Both the position numbers and the translations under genes were made by a program. The notes beneath the pieces are model-generated. The model saw only the letters and a program-made list of their open reading frames with translations, had not been told where the DNA came from and did not search any database. Below are positions 1 to 9,574 of a stretch of DNA of 64,000 bases, piece after piece. Each line of letters begins with the position of its first letter. Within the stretch, counting starts at the first letter, position 1. Source of the DNA: Pseudomonadota bacterium (GTDB taxonomy: Bacteria > Myxococcota > JACRCW01 > JAFGSX01); the NCBI GenBank assembly GCA_043821645.1, contig JBDRCO010000111.1, positions 32,001 through 96,000 of the forward strand, written 5' to 3'.

Positions 1-1246
1 GGCTGTCGCCGGTGATCATCAGGTAGCGGTCGCCGCTGTAGGCCACCTGGGGTGTCAGCTGCGCGCCGGGGCGCAGACTCAGCGAGAGCACGAAGCCGGT
101 GAGCGTTCCGGAGGCCGAGACCAGCGCCCCTCCCACGTTGCCAGGATCGGCGGTGGTCGAGAAGTCGGAGCCAAAGACGGTGAAGAAGCCGGTGCCATCC
201 GAGGCTGCGTCGGGTTGATACACGCGGGCGGCGCTGTCGGGGGGCGAGTACAGATCGACGGGCGAGGTCATGCTGCCGTTGGACTGGATGACCCGACCTT
301 GAAGGATGCTGCCACCGGCAGAGGTGGCCTTGCTCCACACCACCAGGAACTCGGCGCCGTTGGAGGCAACAGCGGGCGTTGCCAGCACCAGGGTGGAGGT
401 GGCGATGACAAGGGCGCTGCCCGTGAGGGTGCCGTTGAGCGCGACCCACTGCCCGTAGATGTGGTGGGTGGTGTTCTGGCCGCTGGTCACGCTCTCTGAC
501 CAGACGGCCAGGTAGCGACTGCCATCGGTGGCGACGTCGGGATCGTACGCCATGTGGGTGCTGTCCGGCGCCCGGTTGACGTTGAACTCCTGCGCCATCG
601 GCTGGCCATTGCCATCGAGCCGACGGCCGAACACCGCGGGCTGTGCCATGTAGTAGTGCTGGTACACCGCAAGGTGGCCGCCGGACCCACCCGCAGCCTC
701 GACGCTCCAGGTATTGCTGGCAGCGACCTCGAGCTCGGCGGGCGCCACCTCGTCCTCGCCGTCGCAGTCCTGGTCCGTCGAGTCGAAGGGAATCTCGATG
801 GCGCCGGGATGGACCGTGCTATCCCTGTCGTCGCAATCGCCCTGGGCCACAGTGTAGCCGTCCTGGTCTTCATCCTCGACGGCAGCATCCGGACTGGTGC
901 TTCCGCTGTCCTGACCTGCGTTGCCGCTGTCCTGATCTGTGCTGCTGCTGTCGGGGTCGCCGATCCCGCCATCGCGATCGAGGGTGCTCGAGTCCAGGTT
1001 CACCACCGAACCGTCTTGGTTCGTCGCACAGACGAGGTCAGATCCATCGCAGTCCTGATCGACACCGTCCTCGCAGATCTCGACGGCACCAGGGTGGACG
1101 CGCGCATCCGTGTCGTCACAGTCGACGGTGGTCGTGTAGCCATCGCGGTCCGCATCTTGGTTCTGGGCTCCGACAGGTTCGCACGCCGCAACAAGAAGCC
1201 AGGTCATGGCGACCGCAGCTCCGATTTCAGGACAGGTCCTCGGCAT
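1..1246 (-). CDS. Lipoprotein with two MopE-like putative metal-binding repeats followed by beta-propeller-like repeats; 3'-truncated by the window edge
   Basis: Absent from the ORF track because there is no stop inside the window. ATG at 1246 with RBS AGAAGGAG upstream. My translation starts MPRTCPEIGAAVAMTWLLVAAC (lipobox), then has DADRDGYTTTVDCDDTDARVHPGAVEICEDGVDQDCDG and DEDQDGYTVAQGDCDDRDSTVHPGAIEIPFDSTDQDCDG, then repeats of the form PxVAxxGxxYLVVW. Confidence 0.85.
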   Translation of the reverse strand, partial: MPRTCPEIGAAVAMTWLLVAACEPVGAQNQDADRDGYTTTVDCDDTDARVHPGAVEICEDGVDQDCDGSDLVCATNQDGSVVNLDSSTLDRDGGIGDPDSSSTDQDSGNAGQDSGSTSPDAAVEDEDQDGYTVAQGDCDDRDSTVHPGAIEIPFDSTDQDCDGEDEVAPAELEVAASNTWSVEAAGGSGGHLAVYQHYYMAQPAVFGRRLDGNGQPMAQEFNVNRAPDSTHMAYDPDVATDGSRYLAVWSESVTSGQNTTHHIYGQWVALNGTLTGSALVIATSTLVLATPAVASNGAEFLVVWSKATSAGGSILQGRVIQSNGSMTSPVDLYSPPDSAARVYQPDAASDGTGFFTVFGSDFSTTADPGNVGGALVSASGTLTGFVLSLSLRPGAQLTPQVAYSGDRYLMITGDS

Positions 1247-1485
1247 GGTGAGCTCCTTCTCGTGGGGGCGAGCATAGCAGTTGCCGCCCCTCGGCATGCG
1301 GTGGTGGAGCGTGGCGCGCAGCGGAAGAAATTCCTGGCACCAGAGTGAGGATTACTTTTCCTGGCATGCTCTTGACGCCGTCACGAGAGCAGCGCGAAGC
1401 TCTGCGACACGTTCCGAGAAATCAGCTCCTGTCCCGCGACACTCCGGTCACGGGACCGGCGGCCATCACCAGGGAGGGGGGGGAC

Positions 1486-4167
1486 ATGCCCAGGTCTATC
1501 TATCTCGTTGTGCTCCTGGCTGTACTGGGGGTGAGTGGGTGCGGTGGTTGCGGCCCTGACCCCGAAGTCACCTGCGACTACAGGGGCACGGCCTATCCTG
1601 CGGGCAAGAGTTTCACGGCCGACGACGGCTGCAACCAGTGCATCTGCAGCGAGACCAAGGTCATTCACTGCACCTCGCTGGTCTGTCCGGAGCCCGACGC
1701 GGGAGTGGCGGATTCCGGTCCCGAGGACGGTGGCTTCATCGTCGTGGTCGACTACCCGGGCACCGCCTGCGTGCTCGAGAGCGTGGACGGTGAGGCTCCA
1801 CTCGGGCCCCCCAAGACCGGGCAGCTGCTGATGCTCGGGGACCAGGGCTGGGACCCGCCCACTCCCGATGCCACCATCACGGTAGTGAACTGGAGTGTGC
1901 AGGACGCACCGGTGGGAACCCGCGTGGTGATCGAGGCAGACGGGAGATACCGGCCGGACATGGTGGGCCCCTACGTGCTACGCGCCAGCATCGAGGACGA
2001 CCAGGGAGGTACTGCCGTTCAGAGCTGCACCCTGCAGGTCCTGCCGCCGACGCGGCTCTATGTCGAGCTGGTGTGGAACAACAACGACACCGATGTCGAT
2101 CTGCGCATGACAAAGGCCGACGCGGACGGGAAATTTTGCACTGACCTCTCCCCCGTGCCGGCCGGGTTTGTGTCGCAGAACTGCGACGACAGCCTGGAGT
2201 GCGACTATTCAAACTGCAAGATCAACACCCAGGGCGTCCGACCGGACTGGGATGCTGACCAGGTGAGCGGCAGCGGCGGCGACCCCACCCTGCTGTTCGA
2301 CGTGTTGACTGGCTACGGCCCCGAGGCCATAGGCGTCGACGATCCGGCCCCGGGCAGTTACCTCGTCGTGGGTCACTTCTTCTCCGCCCACGGACGGCTG
2401 GTCCATCAGTCCCGCATCGACCTGCGCGTGTGGGCAGACGGTCAGCTTCGGGGTTCCGCGACCCTCGACCTGGCCGAGAATACCTGGAGGGAGGCTCTGC
2501 GCTTCACCTGGCCCGATGCCGGAGAATCGTTCTGCATCGAGGCGCTCGGGCAGAGCAGCGAGCGCTGCTCCGATCTGCCCTTCTGCACACCAGCCCCGAC
2601 CTGCGGCGAATGTGATACCGACGGCGATTGCGGACCGTCGTCACTGTGCTCGACAAGCCTGTCGCGCTGCCTGCCCCGGGTTCAGGGTTGCGATGGGGCC
2701 GAGGACTGTGCCGGTGTGCTGGAGTGCATCCCGGCCACCCAGGTCTGCACCGAGCCACAGTGCGATGGCGCCACCCTGTTGTGTCCCGACCCGCGCATGG
2801 GTTGTGACGAGGCGCTGCGAGCTTGCGTGTTGCCCCCGCCGGTGTGCGACGAGAGCGATGAGCCCAACAACACGATGGCCAGTGCCACAGCGGTTTCCGG
2901 CTCCACCTTCGACAGCGCGCTGTGCCGTGGCGACGTGGACCTGCTGGCCGTGCAGGGACACGCGAACATGCGCCTCCGGGTGACCGCGACCTTTGCCACG
3001 ACCACGTCCGAGCACTTCAACGGCGATCTGCTCGAGCTCCTGGATGCCAGCGGCAACGTGCTGCACCGGCGGACCTTTGGCTTCGAGCCGGCCGCCCTGG
3101 TGGCGACGGATGTGGCAGCGGACGCCACTTTCTATGTGCGCCTCACCGGCGTGGCCACTGGCACGGACCTGGCGCCCTACCATCTGGAGGTCGCCGAGGT
3201 CGCGGCTTTCAACTGCGCCAGCGAGCTCGGGGAGCCCAACGACACCCTGGAGCAGTCGAGCAACTCCATCCTGGCCGTCGGTACTCATGATCGCGTGCTG
3301 TGTGGGGACCAGGATATCGATCATCACCGGATCGCAATCCCCTTGGACCAGCGTCTCGACCTGACGGTCACCGTGACAGACGGATTTCCTGAAATCGTCA
3401 TGCTGGACGTGAGTGGGTCGGTGCTTCACATGGAACCCCTCGCCCCCGACGGTGTCTGCCACTTCGTTTCCAGTGCCCGCGGGCAGGCGAAGACCGTGAT
3501 CCTGCAGCTGCACGGGGGATTAGGCCCAGATCCCAGCCTGGATCCCGTGCTGGCCTACAACGTCGAGGTGGTCCTGGGACCGGCACCGACCTGCAGTGAA
3601 ATGGGGGAGCCCAACGAGACGCAGCAGCAGGCCACACCACTGACACCGGGGACCCACGTCGGTGTGATGTGTGATCAGGACGACAGGGACGTGTTCGCGC
3701 TGGCTGTTCCCGCAGGAGGAGGCATTGACGTGAGCTTGACCTTTGTCGACACCGAGGGCGACCTGGAGTTGCGCGTGGAGAACGCGGCAGGAACCGTCCT
3801 CGCGAGTTCCGCGACGACGGCAAATACCGAGCACGTGGCTCTCTCAAGTCTCGCTGCGGCCACCTACTACATCGTGGTCTACGCCTACAGCAGCAGCTAT
3901 CCAGCACCTGACGCGCAGCCTTACTCGCTGGCGATCGTGCCCGTGGGGTGGCCGGATGCGGGGCCAGGAGCCGACGCGAGCGCAGAAGATGTGCCCACGA
4001 CAGATGTCGGTACGCCCCTCGACGCCGGGAGTGCAGAGGATTCTTTTGTGGTGCCCGATGCCAGCTCCGCCATGGACAGCTCCTCGGCGCCCGACGCTGG
4101 CACGGTGGACGCCAGTGAGGATGCGAGCCCGGGCGAGGACGTGGCCCCGACCGAGGATGCAGGGTAG
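1486..4167 (+). CDS. Large surface lipoprotein: pacifastin/VWC-like module, Ig/PKD-like domain, YfaP/DUF2135-like domain, Cys-rich repeats and three PPC-like modules
   Basis: ATG 1486 after a G-rich RBS. Signal peptide with lipobox VSGC. Motifs CNQCIC...CTSLVC, LYVELVWNNNDTDVDL...GYGPE, EPNNT/EPNDT/EPNET repeats and an acidic DAG-rich tail. Confidence 0.8.
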   Translation: MPRSIYLVVLLAVLGVSGCGGCGPDPEVTCDYRGTAYPAGKSFTADDGCNQCICSETKVIHCTSLVCPEPDAGVADSGPEDGGFIVVVDYPGTACVLESVDGEAPLGPPKTGQLLMLGDQGWDPPTPDATITVVNWSVQDAPVGTRVVIEADGRYRPDMVGPYVLRASIEDDQGGTAVQSCTLQVLPPTRLYVELVWNNNDTDVDLRMTKADADGKFCTDLSPVPAGFVSQNCDDSLECDYSNCKINTQGVRPDWDADQVSGSGGDPTLLFDVLTGYGPEAIGVDDPAPGSYLVVGHFFSAHGRLVHQSRIDLRVWADGQLRGSATLDLAENTWREALRFTWPDAGESFCIEALGQSSERCSDLPFCTPAPTCGECDTDGDCGPSSLCSTSLSRCLPRVQGCDGAEDCAGVLECIPATQVCTEPQCDGATLLCPDPRMGCDEALRACVLPPPVCDESDEPNNTMASATAVSGSTFDSALCRGDVDLLAVQGHANMRLRVTATFATTTSEHFNGDLLELLDASGNVLHRRTFGFEPAALVATDVAADATFYVRLTGVATGTDLAPYHLEVAEVAAFNCASELGEPNDTLEQSSNSILAVGTHDRVLCGDQDIDHHRIAIPLDQRLDLTVTVTDGFPEIVMLDVSGSVLHMEPLAPDGVCHFVSSARGQAKTVILQLHGGLGPDPSLDPVLAYNVEVVLGPAPTCSEMGEPNETQQQATPLTPGTHVGVMCDQDDRDVFALAVPAGGGIDVSLTFVDTEGDLELRVENAAGTVLASSATTANTEHVALSSLAAATYYIVVYAYSSSYPAPDAQPYSLAIVPVGWPDAGPGADASAEDVPTTDVGTPLDAGSAEDSFVVPDASSAMDSSSAPDAGTVDASEDASPGEDVAPTEDAG

Positions 4168-4310
4168 CCCGTCATCGCTTCAGCTCGCCCAACCGCCCGG
4201 TCTTGCTCACGCGGGTCCTCCGAGCCCGCCATAACAGCCGTGTCGCCAGATGGGCAGGAACGATCAGAAGCGCGTTCGTCTCCATCGTGGCGAGGATTGC
4301 TGCTACCCCT

Positions 4311-4667
4311 TTACGCCCCGCGCCGCGGCAAGCTCTGACGCTTCTGGCCAGCCATGAACTCGGCATAGCCATCCACCCCCAGTTCGCGGATCTTGAGCAC
4401 GCAGGCCGGGCGATTGGAGTTGAAGACCAGGGCGAATGCCCTGGAGATGAAGTTGTTGAACTTGGAGCACTGTCTAGGATCTGAGAACTTGTTGCACTCG
4501 CCGCACGATCCCAGCTTGTTCTCGGCGCAGCAGGTGCGCACGCCGCACCACGTGGCCTTGTGGTTCTCGCGGCAGCCCGGGCACTTCCCCTTGAGGTAGG
4601 AGCGACAGGCTCCGCAGTACAGGCCGCAGTTGGCCACGAGAGAGCTGCTGGCGATCACGTCCTTCAT
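4311..4667 (-). CDS. DUF3795-like Cys-rich small protein
   Basis: Pattern CGLYCGAC...CPGC...CGVRTCC...CGEC. ATG 4667 with an AAGGAG RBS. Confidence 0.8.
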   Translation of the reverse strand: MKDVIASSSLVANCGLYCGACRSYLKGKCPGCRENHKATWCGVRTCCAENKLGSCGECNKFSDPRQCSKFNNFISRAFALVFNSNRPACVLKIRELGVDGYAEFMAGQKRQSLPRRGA

Positions 4668-4748
4668 GTCCGACTCCTTGCGCACCAGATCTCTCAAGAA
4701 CTACCCGTGAACAGTTTCATGAAGCCGCGGCCACGTCAGGCTGGCGCT

Positions 4749-6578
4749 TCAATGGGCGGCCCCTGGGCACCCTTTGTCGTCGGAGGTCGCCGTGGCGTGG
4801 GAGAACCACTCGGTCAGCTCCTGCCGCAGTCGACAGCGCAGGTCGCCGGACGCCAGCCTGCTGTCGCCATCGAGTCTGCCGAGCAGGCTGTGCGTGCTCG
4901 TGACCTCACTGGACCGCCGGAGGCCTCCACCAGCGGGCGTATCGAGCACCATGAACCCGGGTCCTGTAGATCCTGGCGGGAGCCAGGGCTCCCAGGTCGG
5001 CAGATCGCCCCCGCGCCCGCTGCCTGGATCGCCGTCGCTGGCAAAGGCGCTCCAGTACGACATCATCTGGGCACTGAGCAGGCGCCGACCGGGCCAGCTC
5101 TCGGGTCCATAGATCATCTCGGTGCCCTGGCCCATGAACCAGCGACCATGCACGAAGGGGATCTCCAGGGCGTGGGCCGCGCCGAGCATGGAGCCGAGGT
5201 CGACGCTTTGGTTCGGTTCCTCGTCCCAGTCGAAGCGGTAGACGAAGACCCGGGGCCAGCCTGCGTCCATCATGCGCTGTGCAATCTCATCGGCACCCTG
5301 GGCCTTCCACTGGGCGCTGAGGTACTCCGCCCGCAGCTGGTACTCGGCGGGGTCACGAAGCACGGGTACCACGCCGAACAGCCAGGAGACCTGCTCCGGG
5401 TCAAAGAACTGAAACAGCTTGGTCTCGTCTCTGTTGGTACCCAGCATCACGGGCACCTGGTGAAAGCAGCCGGACCTGGCGAAGCACTCGGCCAGGGGCA
5501 ACTCGGGCAGCACGACGCCGTCGCGGAACAGGATGGGCAAGAAGTACATGCCCAGGACAAGACGCTCGCGATATGGCGCCAGCATCTGCTCCGGGCTCTT
5601 GCCGCGCAGGTATGTGGCTATCTCCTGGGCACTCATGGTGCCGAGGTGGGCACGTGCGCTGATCCTGTCACTCGCCAATCCGTCGAGCACGAGCAAGCGC
5701 AGCAGGACTTCCGTCGAGCTCTTGGCATGGCCCGAAGCGCGGACCTCGTCGACGAGGTTCTCGGCCTCTGCCGTGCTGGCGCCCCCGACGATGCCGCTCT
5801 GGACGATGGCGTGCTGGAACAGACCCCTGCTCAGAGGCGATGCGAGCAGGGCCAGCACATTTTGGCCGCCTGCAGATTCGCCGAAGATGGTCACGTTGCC
5901 AGGCTCGCCACCAAAGGCCGCGATGTTGTCGCGTACCCAGCGCAGTGCCTGCACCAGATCCAGCAGCGCGAAGTTGCCCGAATTATCGACAGCACTGGAG
6001 CTGTCGTCGCGCAGAGCCGGGTGGCGAAACCAGCCCAGCACGCCGAGCCTGTAGTTGACGGTGACCACCACCACACCCTGGCTCGCCGCCAGCATGTCGG
6101 GTCTGTAGAAGCCTCCGTGGCCCATGGTGTTGCCGCCGCCATGTACCCAAAGCATCACGGGCAATCCACGGCCGGGCCTGGCCGGAAGGTCTCGCTGTGC
6201 CAGCGCCGGTGCGTGAATGTTGAGATAGAGGCAATCCTCGTCGCCGGTGACGCTCCCTGGTGGCCCTGGCTCATCGGCCCCCAGCAAGCTGCTGAACTGC
6301 GGGCAGGCCGCGCTGATCTGCAGGGCTGGCCGGATTTCTGTCCAGGCTGGCGCCGGTCGAGGCGCGCGCCAGCGCAGCGGGCCCACGGGCGCGGCGGCGT
6401 AGGGGATGCCCAGCCAGGAGTGACTTCCCTGCGAGGTCTCGAAACCGAGCACGGGCCCGGCTGCGGGGAGGCGGAGGGTTTCCCTGGCGGCCTCCGGCAG
6501 CGCAACCGGATGCGAGCCTGTGCACGAGAGCACGATGACGGCCGGCAAGAGCACGGCAGGACGCGTCGTCCATCTCAT
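4749..6578 (-). CDS. Type-B carboxylesterase family lipoprotein
   Basis: Motifs LGIPYA..PVGPLRW, EDCLYLNI, WVHGGG, GESAG (nucleophile), GTNRDE and GAAHALE (triad). Lipobox VLSC. Confidence 0.92.
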   Translation of the reverse strand: MRWTTRPAVLLPAVIVLSCTGSHPVALPEAARETLRLPAAGPVLGFETSQGSHSWLGIPYAAAPVGPLRWRAPRPAPAWTEIRPALQISAACPQFSSLLGADEPGPPGSVTGDEDCLYLNIHAPALAQRDLPARPGRGLPVMLWVHGGGNTMGHGGFYRPDMLAASQGVVVVTVNYRLGVLGWFRHPALRDDSSSAVDNSGNFALLDLVQALRWVRDNIAAFGGEPGNVTIFGESAGGQNVLALLASPLSRGLFQHAIVQSGIVGGASTAEAENLVDEVRASGHAKSSTEVLLRLLVLDGLASDRISARAHLGTMSAQEIATYLRGKSPEQMLAPYRERLVLGMYFLPILFRDGVVLPELPLAECFARSGCFHQVPVMLGTNRDETKLFQFFDPEQVSWLFGVVPVLRDPAEYQLRAEYLSAQWKAQGADEIAQRMMDAGWPRVFVYRFDWDEEPNQSVDLGSMLGAAHALEIPFVHGRWFMGQGTEMIYGPESWPGRRLLSAQMMSYWSAFASDGDPGSGRGGDLPTWEPWLPPGSTGPGFMVLDTPAGGGLRRSSEVTSTHSLLGRLDGDSRLASGDLRCRLRQELTEWFSHATATSDDKGCPGAAH

Positions 6579-6751
6579 GTCATGGCCTCGACTCTTTCTT
6601 TCTCCATGGCGACCGGGCGACAGGAGTGGTGCCATCATAGAGCGGGGCAGGGACCCGGGTGAAGGTTCAGCTGGCCGGCGACTGTGGAAAAGCGCGATCG
6701 ACGGCATCGCGCGGGAGTACAATCACCGGCAGCGTCACGACGAGGGGACCC

Positions 6752-9478
6752 ATGTCATTCGATAGCCAACGCTGCCGAGGGGTGCTTTCTGGAGTGCTCG
6801 CCGCCTGCCTCCTGGCGGCCAGTGCGATGGCCTGTGACCCGGCATCGCCGCAGGCCATTGCCTGCAACAGCAACGCGGATTGCCCTTCGGGCTCGGTGTG
6901 TGGCGCCGGGCTGTGCCGGACCGCCGGGCCGCTGCTGGATGCGGGGACGACGCGCCACGACGCCGTGATTCTCGATGTCCAGGGCGCTGATGTCGGGACC
7001 GATGCGGCGATCGCCGTGGATATCGGCGCTGGCGACGTGGTGGCCGCCGACGCGGCAGTGGCAGACAGCGCGCCCACGCCTCCCGTGCTTCTGCTGGTCA
7101 GCCCTGTCCTTCACCGGGATGACTGGGTTCAGCACGGTGACACCAGGAGCTTCGTCAGCACGGTGCAGCGCGGGGACGGTGCAGCCCTCGACACCCTGCA
7201 TGTCAGCACGAGCGCATCCTGGCTGAGCCTGCGACTGTCGACCCCAGCGTCGGCGACCCGGCGGGACCTTCAGCTGGACGTCGACAGCAGTGTGCTGGCC
7301 GCGGGAGTGCACGTGGCCGAGGTCACGCTGGTCGACGACGAGGTGCAGGTGGTGCCGGTCACGATCCAGGTCCAGGTGCGGATCCTGGACTGGTCCGTGG
7401 TGCGCATCGGCCCGGCGCTCGATAGATGTCCCCATCCCACTGCAGGCGGACCCGTCGTTCCAACCTGTGAATACTGGGGCCCGACGGGACTGGAGGATGC
7501 CCTGTCTGACCTCGTCGAGCCCGGGGTCCGGCTGCTGCTGTATGACGACGACGGGGCCCCGTTCATCTACGACGGTTGCCTGGAGGTACCCGGCGAGACC
7601 TGGATCAGCACAGCCCCGGGAATCCCGCCACACAACGTGCTGGTCACCTGCCACAACCCTCCCGCGGGCTATGCAGGTGGCACGCTGCGCCTGACGGGTG
7701 ACGGCGTGCACCTGCAAGGGCTGACCGTGGTGTGTCAGGAGGGCTCGGAGACTGCGATCACCGCCTGGCCTGCCCTGGACCAGCCCGACGGGGCGACGCG
7801 CGGACACCTGCTCGAGGACCTGGTGCTGTGGGCTGCCATGCCCGAACTCATGGGCTCCAACAGCATCGTCGATTTCGTGCAGCTCGGCGCGGACACCGTG
7901 CTGCGCAACAGCCACGTGTTCGGCTACTTCGAGGGCGGCATCGACCTGCGCGGCGCACACCGGACGCGGATCGTGCACAACACCATCGTGCTGTTCCAGG
8001 ACTGGGGCGGCGGCTTCAACGTGCAGGGCGCCCAGGATCTGGTGTTCTCGAACAACGTGGTCCTGGCCCTGAGCCGCGTCGAGCCCGTGCTGTTGAGAGC
8101 CTCGCCCTTCACCAGCGGCCTGGTCGTGGCGGGCAACGTGGTCGAGGGCTTCGACATGCTGGTCGAGGACCTGGACGGCACCAATCCTCGCAACGAGGTC
8201 GTGGACAACATCAGCGGAGCCGAGGGCGTCGCCGAGCTGGAGTCGCCCCTGAGACCTTTGCTGCTGGTGGACAGCATCCAGAGCACCGGTGGGCGCGTCC
8301 TCGGAAGCGGAATCAGTCTCGACGGCGTGGAACTCGAGGGCCGTCGCGACCTGATTCCAGGTGCGTACCAGGATCGAAGCCCGCTCGCATTGCCTCGACG
8401 AACCGAGGTCCGGGTTGGCGAGGGAGACTGCGGGGGGCAGGCGTGCGACGTGCTGGCCAGCGAGGACAATGAGATCCAGCGCGCGGTGTGGAGCGTGTGG
8501 CCAGGTGGCGAGGTGAAGATCTACCCGAGCATGGTTCCTTATGCGGGCAATGCCATCGTGAGCTGGCAGCAGCGCATCGTTGGCATGAGCCAGCTGGCCG
8601 AGCCCGACGACGTGGTGCTGCAGGGGCGCGATGAGGACTCGGTGCTCACTCAGCTGCGGCTTTGGCGCCGTCACGCCGCGGTGCTGGCCCTGCTCAAGGC
8701 GAACCTGAATGCGGTGCAGGTGGAGAACCTGAGCATCATGGTGGACGGCTCCAGCGAGGCGAGTCAGACCGCCATCTTTGTCGAGGGCACGGGCAGCAGC
8801 AGCCCGGATGCCGTGCGCGACCTGCGCCGGCTCAAGATCGTCGCGACGCAGATCGCGGTGAACGCGCCTCCTGCTGCTCAGGCGCTGTTGCTGGGTGACA
8901 AGGTGCGGGTGCAGGAGGTCCTCATCGCGGGCCCGTTCGGGAGCTGCATCCACTTCGGTCCACGCCAAGCTCTGCAGGTCCCGACGCCAAGCACCACGGG
9001 GTGGGTGGCCAACCTCAGCTGCGATCTGGTCGGTACAGGCTCGCAGGCGCCTCGCGCGGCGTTCGAAGTGGCGAGGACACATGACACGGTTCTGCTCAAC
9101 CTGGCCGTGCAGCTCACCGAGCCTGCGCCGCTGTTCCTTGCGCAGCGTCGGAGCACGGGCGACACAGGTGTCCTGGCCCTCGATGCACCGACCAGCCTGA
9201 CCGTGCAGGCGGTCAGCCACAGTGGTGGCAGTGTCGACTGCGATGGCTTCGACTGCACCAGCGATGGGCACGTCTTTTCTGCCATCACCCCCGTGAGCGG
9301 CAGCGATTCACTCTTCCTGTCCGCTTCGGACTACCACTTGGCCGTCGGTTCCCCGGCCCTGGACACGGGCGTGATTCCGGTGTCCGTGGATGCGCAGTTC
9401 GACCAGGAATTGTCGCTGGACAGCGTGTCGCGGACGGGGCGAGCTCGGGATCGTGGCTGCTACGAGCAGGAGGATTGA
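6752..9478 (+). CDS. Large lipoprotein with a BACON/Ig-like domain and right-handed parallel beta-helix regions
   Basis: RBS GAGGGG then ATG 6752. Lipobox AMAC, a CNSNADCPSGSVC motif, an SASWLSL Ig-like strand, NT/NN-ladder strands, and a C-terminal DYHL..GSPALDTG...DRGCYE motif. Confidence 0.7.
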   Translation: MSFDSQRCRGVLSGVLAACLLAASAMACDPASPQAIACNSNADCPSGSVCGAGLCRTAGPLLDAGTTRHDAVILDVQGADVGTDAAIAVDIGAGDVVAADAAVADSAPTPPVLLLVSPVLHRDDWVQHGDTRSFVSTVQRGDGAALDTLHVSTSASWLSLRLSTPASATRRDLQLDVDSSVLAAGVHVAEVTLVDDEVQVVPVTIQVQVRILDWSVVRIGPALDRCPHPTAGGPVVPTCEYWGPTGLEDALSDLVEPGVRLLLYDDDGAPFIYDGCLEVPGETWISTAPGIPPHNVLVTCHNPPAGYAGGTLRLTGDGVHLQGLTVVCQEGSETAITAWPALDQPDGATRGHLLEDLVLWAAMPELMGSNSIVDFVQLGADTVLRNSHVFGYFEGGIDLRGAHRTRIVHNTIVLFQDWGGGFNVQGAQDLVFSNNVVLALSRVEPVLLRASPFTSGLVVAGNVVEGFDMLVEDLDGTNPRNEVVDNISGAEGVAELESPLRPLLLVDSIQSTGGRVLGSGISLDGVELEGRRDLIPGAYQDRSPLALPRRTEVRVGEGDCGGQACDVLASEDNEIQRAVWSVWPGGEVKIYPSMVPYAGNAIVSWQQRIVGMSQLAEPDDVVLQGRDEDSVLTQLRLWRRHAAVLALLKANLNAVQVENLSIMVDGSSEASQTAIFVEGTGSSSPDAVRDLRRLKIVATQIAVNAPPAAQALLLGDKVRVQEVLIAGPFGSCIHFGPRQALQVPTPSTTGWVANLSCDLVGTGSQAPRAAFEVARTHDTVLLNLAVQLTEPAPLFLAQRRSTGDTGVLALDAPTSLTVQAVSHSGGSVDCDGFDCTSDGHVFSAITPVSGSDSLFLSASDYHLAVGSPALDTGVIPVSVDAQFDQELSLDSVSRTGRARDRGCYEQED

Positions 9479-9574
9479 ACAGGGTCCTGTGGAGTCCGGC
9501 AGCGAGGGACAGCCATCACGAGGCGAGGCCCTCCTGCGACGCCGCACCGGCAGCGCCCCGGGACCCCGGAGAGC

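Noticed and set aside
4560-6662. 700-aa + strand ORF (and similar long ORFs at 6755-9271, 24013-25671, 38897-40585, 49773-51464 and 55469-57652)
   Set aside because: These are antisense shadows of well-supported genes. They are expected in high-GC DNA and carry no motifs.
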